Shown: positions 49,540 to 58,668, counted from the stretch's first letter. The stretch is 64,000 bases of DNA from an uncultured virus (IMG/VR IMGVR_UViG_3300037067_016944) (IMGVR_UViG_3300037067_016944), one strand, 5' to 3'. The notes: generated by a model not told the origin, from the letters alone. Program-made: numbers and translations.

Positions 49540-50442
49540 ATGGCTAAATGGCACGAATTTCGGACGTTGTGGGCAAATGCAAACTCTAACCCCCGGATGA
49601 GGGGTGCGTGCATCGACATCCATCAATTTTATGCTGGTCTCATTAAGCGATACACCGATAGGCAGAAGAGAGCGAGACCAGGATCGGCTGAGTCGTACGA
49701 CAGTGCGATGGAGACAAGGTGCGAATACTACTGGATACGGACCGGGAAGCCGTACTACCGGCTGTACCCAGGTGTCATCAAGCCATTCCTCAGGCTTGAT
49801 GCAGATAAAGTGGACACAGGTCTGCTGAAGATACCCACCAATAACACGCTGATGATCCAGATGCCGGTGGGTGGAGTGGTTGTAAACGGCATCGAATTAC
49901 GCAACATCGTCTTGTGCAAAGTGAATATAAACGATCGGCAGTCAGACGGTATGTATGCGATGATAGAATATGCCGAAGAAGGAACAATGCCGCACGAAAA
50001 CGAAAAGATTTATACGGCCTACCTGACGACGCCATTCAAATCAGGGTTGATGTTAGGAGCGTTACTGAACGAGTCGTCCGTGACAGTAGAAGGCGGGATG
50101 GCAATACCAAAAGAATTACAGAAAGCTGCAATAAAGATTGTTGCAGTTTGTCTGCTGCTGGAGAATGATCCGGAAGTCATTCAGCCGGACGTGTTGAACG
50201 ACGACTTGGCGAAGTTCAAACAAACTCTCGATCCGAAATACATCGAGAAGGCGAAACGACGCGGTAAGTTCGGATGGGTCATTGGACGAGATATTGAGGT
50301 TTCGCCGCATGTTCGAGCGGCATCGCCATTTGCTCTGTATTGGACAGGAAAGGGGCGAACAATACCGATCATCCGTTATCGCAAGGGTTGCATCGTCCAT
50401 CGGGAATTGGTTGAAAAAATTCCAACCGGATTTGGAGGGTAA
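49540..50442 (+). CDS. conserved phage hypothetical protein
   Basis: Promoter 49500 plus AGGAG SD; C-terminal PH.R....W.G.GR motif. Confidence 0.75.
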   Translation: MAKWHEFRTLWANANSNPRMRGACIDIHQFYAGLIKRYTDRQKRARPGSAESYDSAMETRCEYYWIRTGKPYYRLYPGVIKPFLRLDADKVDTGLLKIPTNNTLMIQMPVGGVVVNGIELRNIVLCKVNINDRQSDGMYAMIEYAEEGTMPHENEKIYTAYLTTPFKSGLMLGALLNESSVTVEGGMAIPKELQKAAIKIVAVCLLLENDPEVIQPDVLNDDLAKFKQTLDPKYIEKAKRRGKFGWVIGRDIEVSPHVRAASPFALYWTGKGRTIPIIRYRKGCIVHRELVEKIPTGFGG

Positions 50443-50443
50443 G

Positions 50444-50749
50444 ATGCGAGAACTTAAACGTCCACGTCGTTATCAAGTCGTCAGAATACATCAAGAAGAA
50501 TACGACGCTTTGTATCGATTCTACAGGAGAGTTGGAGTAGAGAGATATGATGCTATGCTCCAACTAACCAAGCATGTGAAAAACATTACTGATGACGATT
50601 TTCCAGCAGAACCGACCGCAGCAGCACGTCTGGTATTGCCACCAGAACTCGATGAAGAAGTAAAGACACAAGCAAAGCGTCTTGGTCGATCGTATGTTCG
50701 AGTGTTGATGGCTGCAGTCAAGAGATGGGAGAAGGCGAACACAAAATGA
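50444..50749 (+). CDS. putative RHH/CopG-like DNA-binding protein
   Basis: LVLPPELDEEVK..AKRLGRSYVRVLMAA. Confidence 0.6.
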   Translation: MRELKRPRRYQVVRIHQEEYDALYRFYRRVGVERYDAMLQLTKHVKNITDDDFPAEPTAAARLVLPPELDEEVKTQAKRLGRSYVRVLMAAVKRWEKANTK

Positions 50750-51393
50750 CGGATAAAGAATTAGCGTTTGTTGATTATTTAGCAAGGAAATATCTGACGC
50801 CCAAAGGAAATATTAGTTGTGTTTTTACCAAACAGATGGATCTAACAACGCCGGAGATACGTAATGCGGTGTGGGAGAAGATAGGCGATAAAAGGGAGCT
50901 CGACTATCAGCAATCAAAGAATAGAAAATCCAGTTGGCAAGCGGCGAAATTGGTGATGCGGGAGGAGAGCGAGACCGTCTCTAATCCGTTCATATGCTGC
51001 AACGGCCAGATCATCACGACGCCAAGATGCCCAGTCTGTGGTAAAGGTGAGAATGGTAGGAACGTCAAGATCGAAAACAGGAGATGGATATGCTTGAGGC
51101 TTTATGACGACGATTTCGATTTCATGAGGTCGCTGGCGAAGAAGACTAACAGCCCCACGCTATATGACGCATTAGAGAAGCTGATACCGACTGTCAACAA
51201 CCTGACACATGAGGACGTACCAACACCAACCAGGAAAGGAAGAAGAGTATCGATCTCACATGCACTCAACAACGCCATCGTAGCGAAGATGGAAGAATTG
51301 AATGCTGGTATACCGGCATCGTCGTTAACCGCACGAGCAACTTTCATGCGAGTGCTGCTGGTCGCAGCCAAAAAGTATGCGAGAGAGGAATAA
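50746..51393 (+). CDS. zinc-ribbon plus putative RHH protein (paralog family)
   Basis: CCNG..ITTPRCPVCG; TFMRVLLVAA. Confidence 0.65.
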   Translation: MTDKELAFVDYLARKYLTPKGNISCVFTKQMDLTTPEIRNAVWEKIGDKRELDYQQSKNRKSSWQAAKLVMREESETVSNPFICCNGQIITTPRCPVCGKGENGRNVKIENRRWICLRLYDDDFDFMRSLAKKTNSPTLYDALEKLIPTVNNLTHEDVPTPTRKGRRVSISHALNNAIVAKMEELNAGIPASSLTARATFMRVLLVAAKKYAREE

Positions 51394-51435
51394 AAGATAA
51401 GCTGCGTCCATCAACAGATACCGGAGATATGAAGG

Positions 51436-51777
51436 CTATTCACCGAATACCATATCGCTGGCACTCTTCACGAAGGCATCAACAACTCTAGCCTCGCCTT
51501 CGTTAATAGACCCATCAGCAATACCTTTTTCAGTCAGGCGTTTTATGATGGGTTCTGCTTGGAGTACCGTATTCTCAAGCTTAGTGGCTCGCAGATCAAG
51601 GTCTGCGATTGGTCTGCGAAGACGTTCAGCAATGCCGTCGCGAACAGAACCAGCCAATCTGCATGCTACGCTGATGCACTCATCAAGCGACTGCCCAACT
51701 ATGCGTTCTCTGACGTAATCACGCAACCCACCACTGGCAAGTTTCTTGACACCGCCAATATCAATACGAATTGCCAT
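51436..51777 (-). CDS. hypothetical protein
   Basis: ORF; start uncertain. Confidence 0.5.
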   Translation of the reverse strand: MAIRIDIGGVKKLASGGLRDYVRERIVGQSLDECISVACRLAGSVRDGIAERLRRPIADLDLRATKLENTVLQAEPIIKRLTEKGIADGSINEGEARVVDAFVKSASDMVFGE

Positions 51778-51897
51778 CTTGAAATTGTAATGAAGAATGT
51801 GCTTGACCACGGCTAGCACGCTCTACAGTACCCATTGGACGACCGACTTCTGCCATGCCTATCTCCTTTTGTTAGAGGCATGGATGAAATACATCAG

Positions 51898-52542
51898 CTA
51901 GTCTGGTGCTTTGGCTATCAATCTAGCGGCTGCGAGTAGAATAGTCAAGAAAGGTTCATTATTGGATATTCTCCGAGCGATTGCCGCTTCAAGCTCATCT
52001 GGTATGTCGATCCTGCACGACTTCCTGTTATGCTTTTTGATTTTTTCAAATGCACCAGAATTATCAAGCGATTTGATAATCGGCACCAATTCGCAAAGAG
52101 CTTCATGGCGGGTGACGATACCGTGGCGACCACGACCAAGATTTAGTAGCAACTCCCTGTCTTTGGATGGAAGCCGTAGGATAATTGTTTTTCTACTCAA
52201 TCCAGCTTCTTCTTTTTTGCGTCTATTGCGTTCAGTTTCCGTATAGCTGTCGCGATCTGGTTCATTCCAATTGTCATCTATTGGATGTTCTGCACGATAA
52301 TGGCGTGCCGCTGTTAGCAAAACGTGGAGATACTTGTGATCGGTCTTATTCGTATTCGACCTATATATACGCCTAATTGCAGTTTCAAGTTCATTTGGTA
52401 TTTTCAGACGCAGTGGTGCGCGGTCTTCTATTTGATCTGGTTGAGTTTTAACGACCGGTATAAGGTCTACCAATGCTGATAAATCAATGGAGTGTAATAA
52501 ATCGCGGTCTTCTGGATACAGAGCGAAAATTTTATGGGACAT
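51898..52542 (-). CDS. tandem-duplicated putative RHH protein
   Basis: Internal repeat RLKIPNELETAI..VLLTAAR / RIDIPDELEAAI..ILLAAAR. Confidence 0.7.
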   Translation of the reverse strand: MSHKIFALYPEDRDLLHSIDLSALVDLIPVVKTQPDQIEDRAPLRLKIPNELETAIRRIYRSNTNKTDHKYLHVLLTAARHYRAEHPIDDNWNEPDRDSYTETERNRRKKEEAGLSRKTIILRLPSKDRELLLNLGRGRHGIVTRHEALCELVPIIKSLDNSGAFEKIKKHNRKSCRIDIPDELEAAIARRISNNEPFLTILLAAARLIAKAPD

Positions 52543-52546
52543 AATG

Positions 52547-53023
52547 TTAAATCTGCTCCAACAAAATGGAGGCGTAGATGGACGCTTCGCGATTCGGGAT
52601 GTACCGAACGTCGTCTGGAATGTCGTTCGTTGAACACCAGAGATAAGGTGGTGGGTCGGCTGCCGTCCACCTGACACCAAGGGTCGTGGCAGCCGTTTTC
52701 AAGTGCCTGATACTGAAATCAACTATCTCCTGCTCTTGCAACAAGCCGACCCAGCAGTGCATTTCGGGAAGGTTCCCGAGAGCGACGGAGAAAGCACTCG
52801 TAATGTCGCCGGGGCTCCACATATAAGCGAAGTGGGTAGAGACGACGCCATCGTCATCCTCTGGACGTAAGCAGGGCCACTGTAGGGAGCCCGCTTGGAT
52901 GACGGCCTTATATCCGTGGCGAGCGAGGACGGCTATCGTCTCTTTGGCATAGTAGATGCACAAACCGGGCCTATCGTCCAGATTCGAAATAGCCTGTTCG
53001 ATCTCTAATACTAACTCTCTCAT
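52547..53023 (-). CDS. hypothetical protein (Cys-His-Asp, possible transglutaminase-like fold)
   Basis: GLC....; MHCWV; EIVD; leaderless after promoter 53029. Confidence 0.6.
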   Translation of the reverse strand: MRELVLEIEQAISNLDDRPGLCIYYAKETIAVLARHGYKAVIQAGSLQWPCLRPEDDDGVVSTHFAYMWSPGDITSAFSVALGNLPEMHCWVGLLQEQEIVDFSIRHLKTAATTLGVRWTAADPPPYLWCSTNDIPDDVRYIPNREASIYASILLEQI

Positions 53024-53077
53024 ACTAGATTATAGCGTGAGAGAAGGTAATTATTAATATGCTAGCAAAGTTATGGT

Positions 53078-53725
53078 ATGAAATTAAACCTACTAGCTGA
53101 AGCGTGGAGGCGGCCAAGAGTCGCAAAGCCGACAGAATATGTCAATCTATTGAGATTATATGAAAAATACTGTGCTGGTGATAAAGACGCACTAAGGAAA
53201 TTCGTCGATACTGCAGACGGCATATTGTTGTTCTATCTCGACAACAAATTTCCGTATTATTTGACTATTGAGGACTTAGAAGATGCTGCCAATCGTGCTA
53301 TAGCGTATGTAGCAACACGCAAAATGCCTGGAAAGTTCAAATCGGCTCGTCATCTGTTGAACTATCTCGAAGCTGCGGCTAGAACCGGTGCTATAAACGC
53401 CATACAAAAATCGCAGCGATTTGATAAGGGAAATGCCGGATATGCATCTTCAAAACCAGAAGAAATACCGAAAACACCAGAACCCCTTGTGCCTCTAGAT
53501 AAATTGCTTGATGCGTACAGAAAATATTACGCCGAACAATCGAAGATAAGGCAAATGCCTCCGATGGCAAGATCAGTAAAGATATTGCAGAGACGTGCAA
53601 ACGGTCAGAGTCTTGAGGAGATTGGCAACGATCTTGGGATTACAAGAGAGCGGGTTAGACAGATTGAAGCAAGAGGCATAAGAAACCTGCAAGTCTTTGC
53701 TCAACATTATACTTCTGATAACTAA
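53078..53725 (+). CDS. sigma-70-like protein (region 4)
   Basis: SLEEIG..LGITRERVRQIEARGI region 4.2; degenerate region 2. Confidence 0.8.
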   Translation: MKLNLLAEAWRRPRVAKPTEYVNLLRLYEKYCAGDKDALRKFVDTADGILLFYLDNKFPYYLTIEDLEDAANRAIAYVATRKMPGKFKSARHLLNYLEAAARTGAINAIQKSQRFDKGNAGYASSKPEEIPKTPEPLVPLDKLLDAYRKYYAEQSKIRQMPPMARSVKILQRRANGQSLEEIGNDLGITRERVRQIEARGIRNLQVFAQHYTSDN

Positions 53726-55203
53726 ACAAAGCAGCGATTGAACCATTGCCGCTCTTTGAGAACGACGCCGGTTAATTCTGTAAGGTGGCTACTATAAAGC
53801 TCGTCGTGGCCGTGAAGACCAACTGCACCATGGACGTATTCGTGCAGGGCCTTAGATAAGATGGCCCACCGTCCGGCAGGTGTGAATTTCCATCGTTTTG
53901 CCATCGACCGGCTGTTGTTGTTATCTTGCTTGACGATCTGGATTGGATTGATGTAGTAGACGTCGCCGTAGCCCATACCAGATTCGAATTCAGCCGCCCG
54001 GTCCTCGTCGAAAATGAAACCGACAGAGAACGTAGCTTCCTTATTGAAGAGATCGTGCAATGCAAGCATAACTGAAATCCAAATCCGTGTGAGCCTTCTA
54101 CTATAATCGCTGAACTCGCTTGGGAGATAGTGAGTTGGTATTTCCATGCCGGTCGTGTTCTTAACGATGAACTCGTGATTGATTTGTGACTGGCGACCCT
54201 GTTGCGTAGTCGTTTTCGGCGGTGGCGCGAAACTCGTCTTCTGGTCCTCGGCGATGATTTCGCCCTCTTCTTCGACCTTTCTGTCGGGCAGAGTGGCATA
54301 AGCAGCCGCTACGATTTCGTGCATCGCTTCGTGGGCTTTTATATGTTGATTAGAAAGCTTTTCGCCCTTGTAATGAATGTAGGCGGGTTCCACATCACGA
54401 AGAGCGGAAATTTTGTTGACGGTGAGTTCGTCGATGAAGGCGTCAAGCTGGCTCTGATACTCATGCTTGAGAGCATCGCGATTCGATTGAAGGATGGATG
54501 CATCACCAGCCTTCAATTCAACAACGACGCATCGCTTGTTGCTATCGACGTAGCGATAGAACATAGGAATGCCGTGAATGCGGACGATCATGCGGTTTGG
54601 AAACATCTTATTGGTGTAAACGACGCCCCAGTCGAATTCGCGGCGGCGTGATCCCTTGCGAAGACCGGCTTCGAAGATCTGTCCGTTGACCTTGACGGTT
54701 CCGCTCCATTGGGCCATATAGAGGAACTGGATAAGATGAACAATTAAGACGTCCTTGACGTCGCCTTCGAGCGTCACTTTCGTGAGGGTACCAGGATAGT
54801 AGTGGTCGCGTTCTTCGAGGGTGTAGTTGCCACCACTTCCGACCACATAAAAGTGGCCGGTATATATTTCGTAGTGGAGATGGCACATTACCAATAGCTC
54901 TTTGGCTTTTCCAAAGCCACCAACGGCACCATTTTGGAAGTCCTTACCTGATTCTCCGAGAGTCATGAACTTATTAACGAGAACATCCTTACTCATTGGG
55001 TCGCCATCGTTACCCCACGAAAAAACCGTGTTGCCATCCTTAAGCTCTACCCAGACTTCAATATTCTTGGAGTGTGGCGCGTCCATGCTATTCTGTAATG
55101 CTTCCCTTGCCATTGCCCATCGCCAATCACGATAGTCATTGAACGATTTCTTAAAGAAGTTCGGACCGATTCCAACTTGCATCTGCATTATGGCTTTCTC
55201 CAA
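53722..55203 (-). CDS. GHKL-family ATPase with C-terminal HExxH domain
   Basis: REALQNSMDA, NDG.PM, GGFGKA; LHEYVH...GHD. Confidence 0.85.
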   Translation of the reverse strand: MEKAIMQMQVGIGPNFFKKSFNDYRDWRWAMAREALQNSMDAPHSKNIEVWVELKDGNTVFSWGNDGDPMSKDVLVNKFMTLGESGKDFQNGAVGGFGKAKELLVMCHLHYEIYTGHFYVVGSGGNYTLEERDHYYPGTLTKVTLEGDVKDVLIVHLIQFLYMAQWSGTVKVNGQIFEAGLRKGSRRREFDWGVVYTNKMFPNRMIVRIHGIPMFYRYVDSNKRCVVVELKAGDASILQSNRDALKHEYQSQLDAFIDELTVNKISALRDVEPAYIHYKGEKLSNQHIKAHEAMHEIVAAAYATLPDRKVEEEGEIIAEDQKTSFAPPPKTTTQQGRQSQINHEFIVKNTTGMEIPTHYLPSEFSDYSRRLTRIWISVMLALHDLFNKEATFSVGFIFDEDRAAEFESGMGYGDVYYINPIQIVKQDNNNSRSMAKRWKFTPAGRWAILSKALHEYVHGAVGLHGHDELYSSHLTELTGVVLKERQWFNRCFV

Positions 55204-55260
55204 GCAAAGATAACTCGTTTTGCACTTCCGAAACCATGAATCTGGTTATAGCACGACAAA

Positions 55261-55821
55261 ATGGCAGATTTAATTGTTTCAGCCGGTTTCAAATCTGGTA
55301 AATTGACGGCCATCGAGCCAATTCTTGGCGGCAAGTTTTGGCTATGCCATTGTGAATGCGGAAAAACAACGAAAGCCTCAAAATGGCACCTATTGAGGGG
55401 GTTGCGACAGAGCTGCGGATGTCGTACTAAGCAAAAGCCACAAATAATCACCTGCGTGATATGTGGCCACGAAGGAACAATAGATGATTTCTATTCACGT
55501 AAAAATGGTAATATAAATTCATATAAGTGTAAGAGGTGCTTAATTAGGTTGTCGCATGAAAGACAACGCAAAACACGTCTAAAGGTATTACGACACTATG
55601 GTGGAGAGACGCCGAAATGTGCATGCTGCGGAGAATCACATACAGAATTCCTATCTATCGACCATATCAATGGTGGCGGGAATAAGCATAGGAAAAATAA
55701 CAAGATAGTGTCAATATACGCTTGGCTTTATAAACACAAGTTTCCTGATGGTTTCCGCGTCCTCTGCCATAACTGCAACTTTTCTTACGGCTTGTACGGC
55801 TATTGCCCGCACGTTAAGTGA
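55261..55821 (+). CDS. HNH endonuclease
   Basis: W.C.CECG..SCGC N-terminal module; CACCGE...IDHING...LCHNCN. Confidence 0.85.
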   Translation: MADLIVSAGFKSGKLTAIEPILGGKFWLCHCECGKTTKASKWHLLRGLRQSCGCRTKQKPQIITCVICGHEGTIDDFYSRKNGNINSYKCKRCLIRLSHERQRKTRLKVLRHYGGETPKCACCGESHTEFLSIDHINGGGNKHRKNNKIVSIYAWLYKHKFPDGFRVLCHNCNFSYGLYGYCPHVK

Positions 55822-55907
55822 ACCTTCGGCCTCTGAGACATGTCCTTGACAGGGAGGGCAAATACGTATTTAATTAATTATTGGTCAGTTTTGTGCTATA
55901 AGCAAAT

Positions 55908-56060
55908 GTGCTGTGTGGCGCAGAGGTGGGCTACTTCGCCTACGGAGCGGGTGGTCGCGGGTTCGAATCCCGTCGTTGGAGCAACACTGGAAACAGTCGC
56001 GCTCGACGTAGCTCAGTTGGTAGAGCACCTACGTACCTACTTCGCTTATTCCCACAGCAC
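55908..56060 (+). ncRNA. Y RNA (YrlA-like) 1, permuted tRNA mimic with ACG anticodon-like loop
   Basis: Terminal stem GTGCTGTG/CACAGCAC; T arm GGTTCGAATCC precedes D arm TAGCTCAGTTGGTAGAGC; upstream of Ro60; starts at promoter 55891. Confidence 0.85.
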
Positions 56061-56072
56061 TTTTTGACAATA

Positions 56073-56120
56073 AAGAGCACATGAACTCGCGGTAATATGA
56101 CTGCGACGGATTGTGCTCTT
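56073..56120 (+). other. long hairpin between Y RNAs
   Basis: AAGAGCACA/TGTGCTCTT and TCGCGGT/ACTGCGA stems. Confidence 0.6.
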
Positions 56121-56126
56121 ACGATT

Positions 56127-56210
56127 TGCTGCATGGCGTAGAAACGGGTTACTTCGACTTGAAATCGATTGTCCGAAAGGACATTGCTCGTTTCGCTTGT
56201 TCCTGCAGCA
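56127..56210 (+). ncRNA. short Y RNA 2 with UGA anticodon-like loop
   Basis: Same TGCTG..TGGCGTAGA / TTCGCT..TTCC..CAGCA core as neighbours; no D or T arm. Confidence 0.8.
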
Positions 56211-56221
56211 TTTTTTGAAAC

Positions 56222-56620
56222 ATGCCATTTCGCGATCCGGAAAAACGACGGACTTACCAAAGGAAATATGGAGCGCAGCACTACCGAGCAAATAAGGAGT
56301 ATTACGCCGAGAAGCGTGCTGTCAGAGCGACAAAGATCGTTAAACAACTCCGCCTTTTGAAGTCTACGCTGCATTGTGCTTTGTGTCCGGAGAGTGACGA
56401 AGCAGCTGATTTTCATCATTTCGATCCATCTAAAAAAGAATTAGAGATATATCGTGTCATCTGTCTTGGCACTGGGTGGAAGAAAGTGGTAGCGGAAATT
56501 GAGAAATGCGTATGTCTGTGTGCTAACTGCCACAGAAAGGTACACAAATACAAGTCATGGGCGAAAAAGATCAACAGTAACATGCTGATAATTGTCACGG
56601 CAGAGCTACGTGATATTTAA
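56222..56620 (+). CDS. HNH endonuclease
   Basis: CALC...DFHH.DP..K...EIEKC..LCANCHRKVH. Confidence 0.85.
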   Translation: MPFRDPEKRRTYQRKYGAQHYRANKEYYAEKRAVRATKIVKQLRLLKSTLHCALCPESDEAADFHHFDPSKKELEIYRVICLGTGWKKVVAEIEKCVCLCANCHRKVHKYKSWAKKINSNMLIIVTAELRDI

Positions 56621-56631
56621 GCCCTACGAAA

Positions 56632-56766
56632 TTGCTGCGTGGCGTAGAGGTGGGATACTTCGAATGCTAATCGAGAGGCATTGGTTCGAGTCCAATCATC
56701 AGAGCAATCTGGTGTAGCTCAGTTGGCAGAGCGCTAACGTACCTGCTTCGCTCATTCCCGCAGCAA
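56632..56766 (+). ncRNA. Y RNA (YrlA-like) 3, permuted tRNA mimic with GCU anticodon-like loop
   Basis: TTGCTGCG/CGCAGCAA stem; anticodon arm, T arm, 7-bp acceptor closed by GCAA, D arm; 22 nt upstream of Ro60 ATG. Confidence 0.88.
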
Positions 56767-56788
56767 CTTTCAATCTACGAGGTTCACT

Positions 56789-58186
56789 ATGGCAGCCATC
56801 AACAAGAAGACGAAGAAGTCACACGTTTATGCCGACGAAAAGTTGGCTGGCGGGTATGGCCCAAGGGCTGCCAAGCAGAACGCAGAGGCAACTTTACGCC
56901 GTCTTGTCATGACGTGTCTCCTGTGGGAGGATAACGCCTATTGCGACGGAAAAACTGTCGTAGATCAGATCAAGGCGTTGGTGCCACAGGTGCCGAACGT
57001 TGGCAAGATTGCTGTTGAGGCTCGCTATGAGCAGAAGCTTCGACACGTGCCGTTGATGCTTGTCCGTGAAATGACCCGTCATCACATGCCGGATGTGGCC
57101 GAGACGTTGGCGAAAGTGTGCAACCGTCCGGATGAGATGACGGAATTCGTCGCCATGTATTGGGCGGACAACGCTAAGAAGAAGTCTCTTGCGGCTGCCG
57201 TGAAGAAGGGTTTGGCGAAAGCGTTTGGTAAGTTCGACGAATACCAACTTGCCAAGTACAACCAAGTTGATCAGGAAGTGAAGCTGCGAGATGTCTTGTT
57301 CTTATGTCACGCAAAGCCGACCGATGATCGTCAGAATCTCTACAAGCGACTCATTGCTAACGAACTCAAGACTCCCGACACATGGGAAGTCGGTATGTCG
57401 GCGGCTAAGAGCGTTGCCGAGAAGCGAGCGGTTTGGGAGCGATTGATCGAGGACCGAAAGCTTCCGGCATTCGCTTTCCTTAAAAACCTGCGAAACATGC
57501 AGGAAGTAAGCGTCTCACGTGAGTCGATGGCGAAGGCGTTTGCGAACTGCAAAGTGGACATGCTGTTGCCAATCGATTTCTTGAAGGCTCGTAAGTATGC
57601 TCCGGATTGGACCCGAGAGATCGAGGAATTGATGTATCGGTGTGCTCAGACGTGGCCGAGACTTTCGGGCTGGACGACTTTGGCCGTCGACGTTTCGGGT
57701 TCAATGGGAAGTACCGTGTCCGATAAATCCGAATTTTCTCGGATGGATGCAGCCGCTTCTATGGCGGTTTTGGCGGCGGAGTGCTGCGACCATGTTTCCA
57801 TCTATGCTACGGCTGGAAACGATGGTACGCGAAAGCACGCTACGAAGAAGATAGAAGCACTTCGTGGTTTCGCCCTAGCCGACAAAATCTTGGAAGCGAA
57901 GCATGCTCTCGGTGGTGGAGGCATCTTCACCAGACAAGTCTGCGATTTCATCCGCAGCAAAGAAGAAGTACCGGACCGGCTGCTCATTTTCAGCGATTCG
58001 CAAGACTGCGATGCACCTGGATCGGGCCTACCAAAGCCGCACGGCAAGAGCAACTACATCATTGACGTCTCTTCACATTCGCACGGCGTCAATTACCAAG
58101 GCGTTTGGACTGCCGAGATTGCTGGCTGGTCCGAGCGTTTCTTGAAGTTCGTTGCGATGATGGAACAAGCTGGTAGCTTGAACTAG
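56789..58186 (+). CDS. rsr: Ro60/TROVE domain RNA-binding protein with vWA domain
   Basis: FDEYQLAKY, KLRDVLFLCHAKP, TPDTWE, LKNLRN, DVSGSM MIDAS, SDSQ. Confidence 0.93.
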   Translation: MAAINKKTKKSHVYADEKLAGGYGPRAAKQNAEATLRRLVMTCLLWEDNAYCDGKTVVDQIKALVPQVPNVGKIAVEARYEQKLRHVPLMLVREMTRHHMPDVAETLAKVCNRPDEMTEFVAMYWADNAKKKSLAAAVKKGLAKAFGKFDEYQLAKYNQVDQEVKLRDVLFLCHAKPTDDRQNLYKRLIANELKTPDTWEVGMSAAKSVAEKRAVWERLIEDRKLPAFAFLKNLRNMQEVSVSRESMAKAFANCKVDMLLPIDFLKARKYAPDWTREIEELMYRCAQTWPRLSGWTTLAVDVSGSMGSTVSDKSEFSRMDAAASMAVLAAECCDHVSIYATAGNDGTRKHATKKIEALRGFALADKILEAKHALGGGGIFTRQVCDFIRSKEEVPDRLLIFSDSQDCDAPGSGLPKPHGKSNYIIDVSSHSHGVNYQGVWTAEIAGWSERFLKFVAMMEQAGSLN

Positions 58187-58191
58187 CAATG

Positions 58192-58223
58192 AGAACGGGC
58201 CTAGGAAATCCTAGGCCCGTTCT
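58192..58223 (+). terminator. terminator hairpin after Ro60
   Basis: AGAACGGGCCTAGG / CCTAGGCCCGTTCT. Confidence 0.7.
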
Positions 58224-58455
58224 GCTCATCTTGTGTCGTCATGTCAAGTGCCGTTAGGACCAGTGAAGTCGAATCGGGAAACGGCAGGTCCTGACCTGGT
58301 ATAAGGTTAGCTAGATGAATGAAAAGCTCTTGTGTTGTCGGGTAGCGTGTAGTCGTGTTCCGTAACGTCAAGACCGGTCGTAGCATGACAAGTCTGGACA
58401 CACGCTGTTGGAAGCTTAACCTGATGTTATCTGTCGCGGAAAACCACTTACCTCG

Positions 58456-58668
58456 TTACCTGTCGTAAGAGACGAGTGCAGCAGTATCGGAGTTAAGTTG
58501 ACTTTTCGGGCGGAGTGTGATATCGACCCGACCAACTGGCATCTTACCAAGACCACAGATACGTAAAACATTCGTGGTCTTGAATATTTCAAGGGCTTTC
58601 TCGTCAGCCGTGTGAAAATAGATGACGCCGCGTTCGTGGTCAATCTCTAAGATGCCAGGTATTTCCAT
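58456..58668 (-). CDS. small hypothetical protein
   Basis: Start MEIPG coupled to upstream stop; LEID..RGVIYFH. Confidence 0.65.
   Translation of the reverse strand: MEIPGILEIDHERGVIYFHTADEKALEIFKTTNVLRICGLGKMPVGRVDITLRPKSQLNSDTAALVSYDR

Noticed and set aside
55908..56766. Ordinary tRNA genes, or permuted tRNA genes processed into mature tRNAs
   Set aside because: The T arm precedes the D arm, the acceptor end is sealed by a short loop with no CCA, no bulge-helix-bulge is evident, and the shared outer stem plus adjacent Ro60 fit Y RNA better
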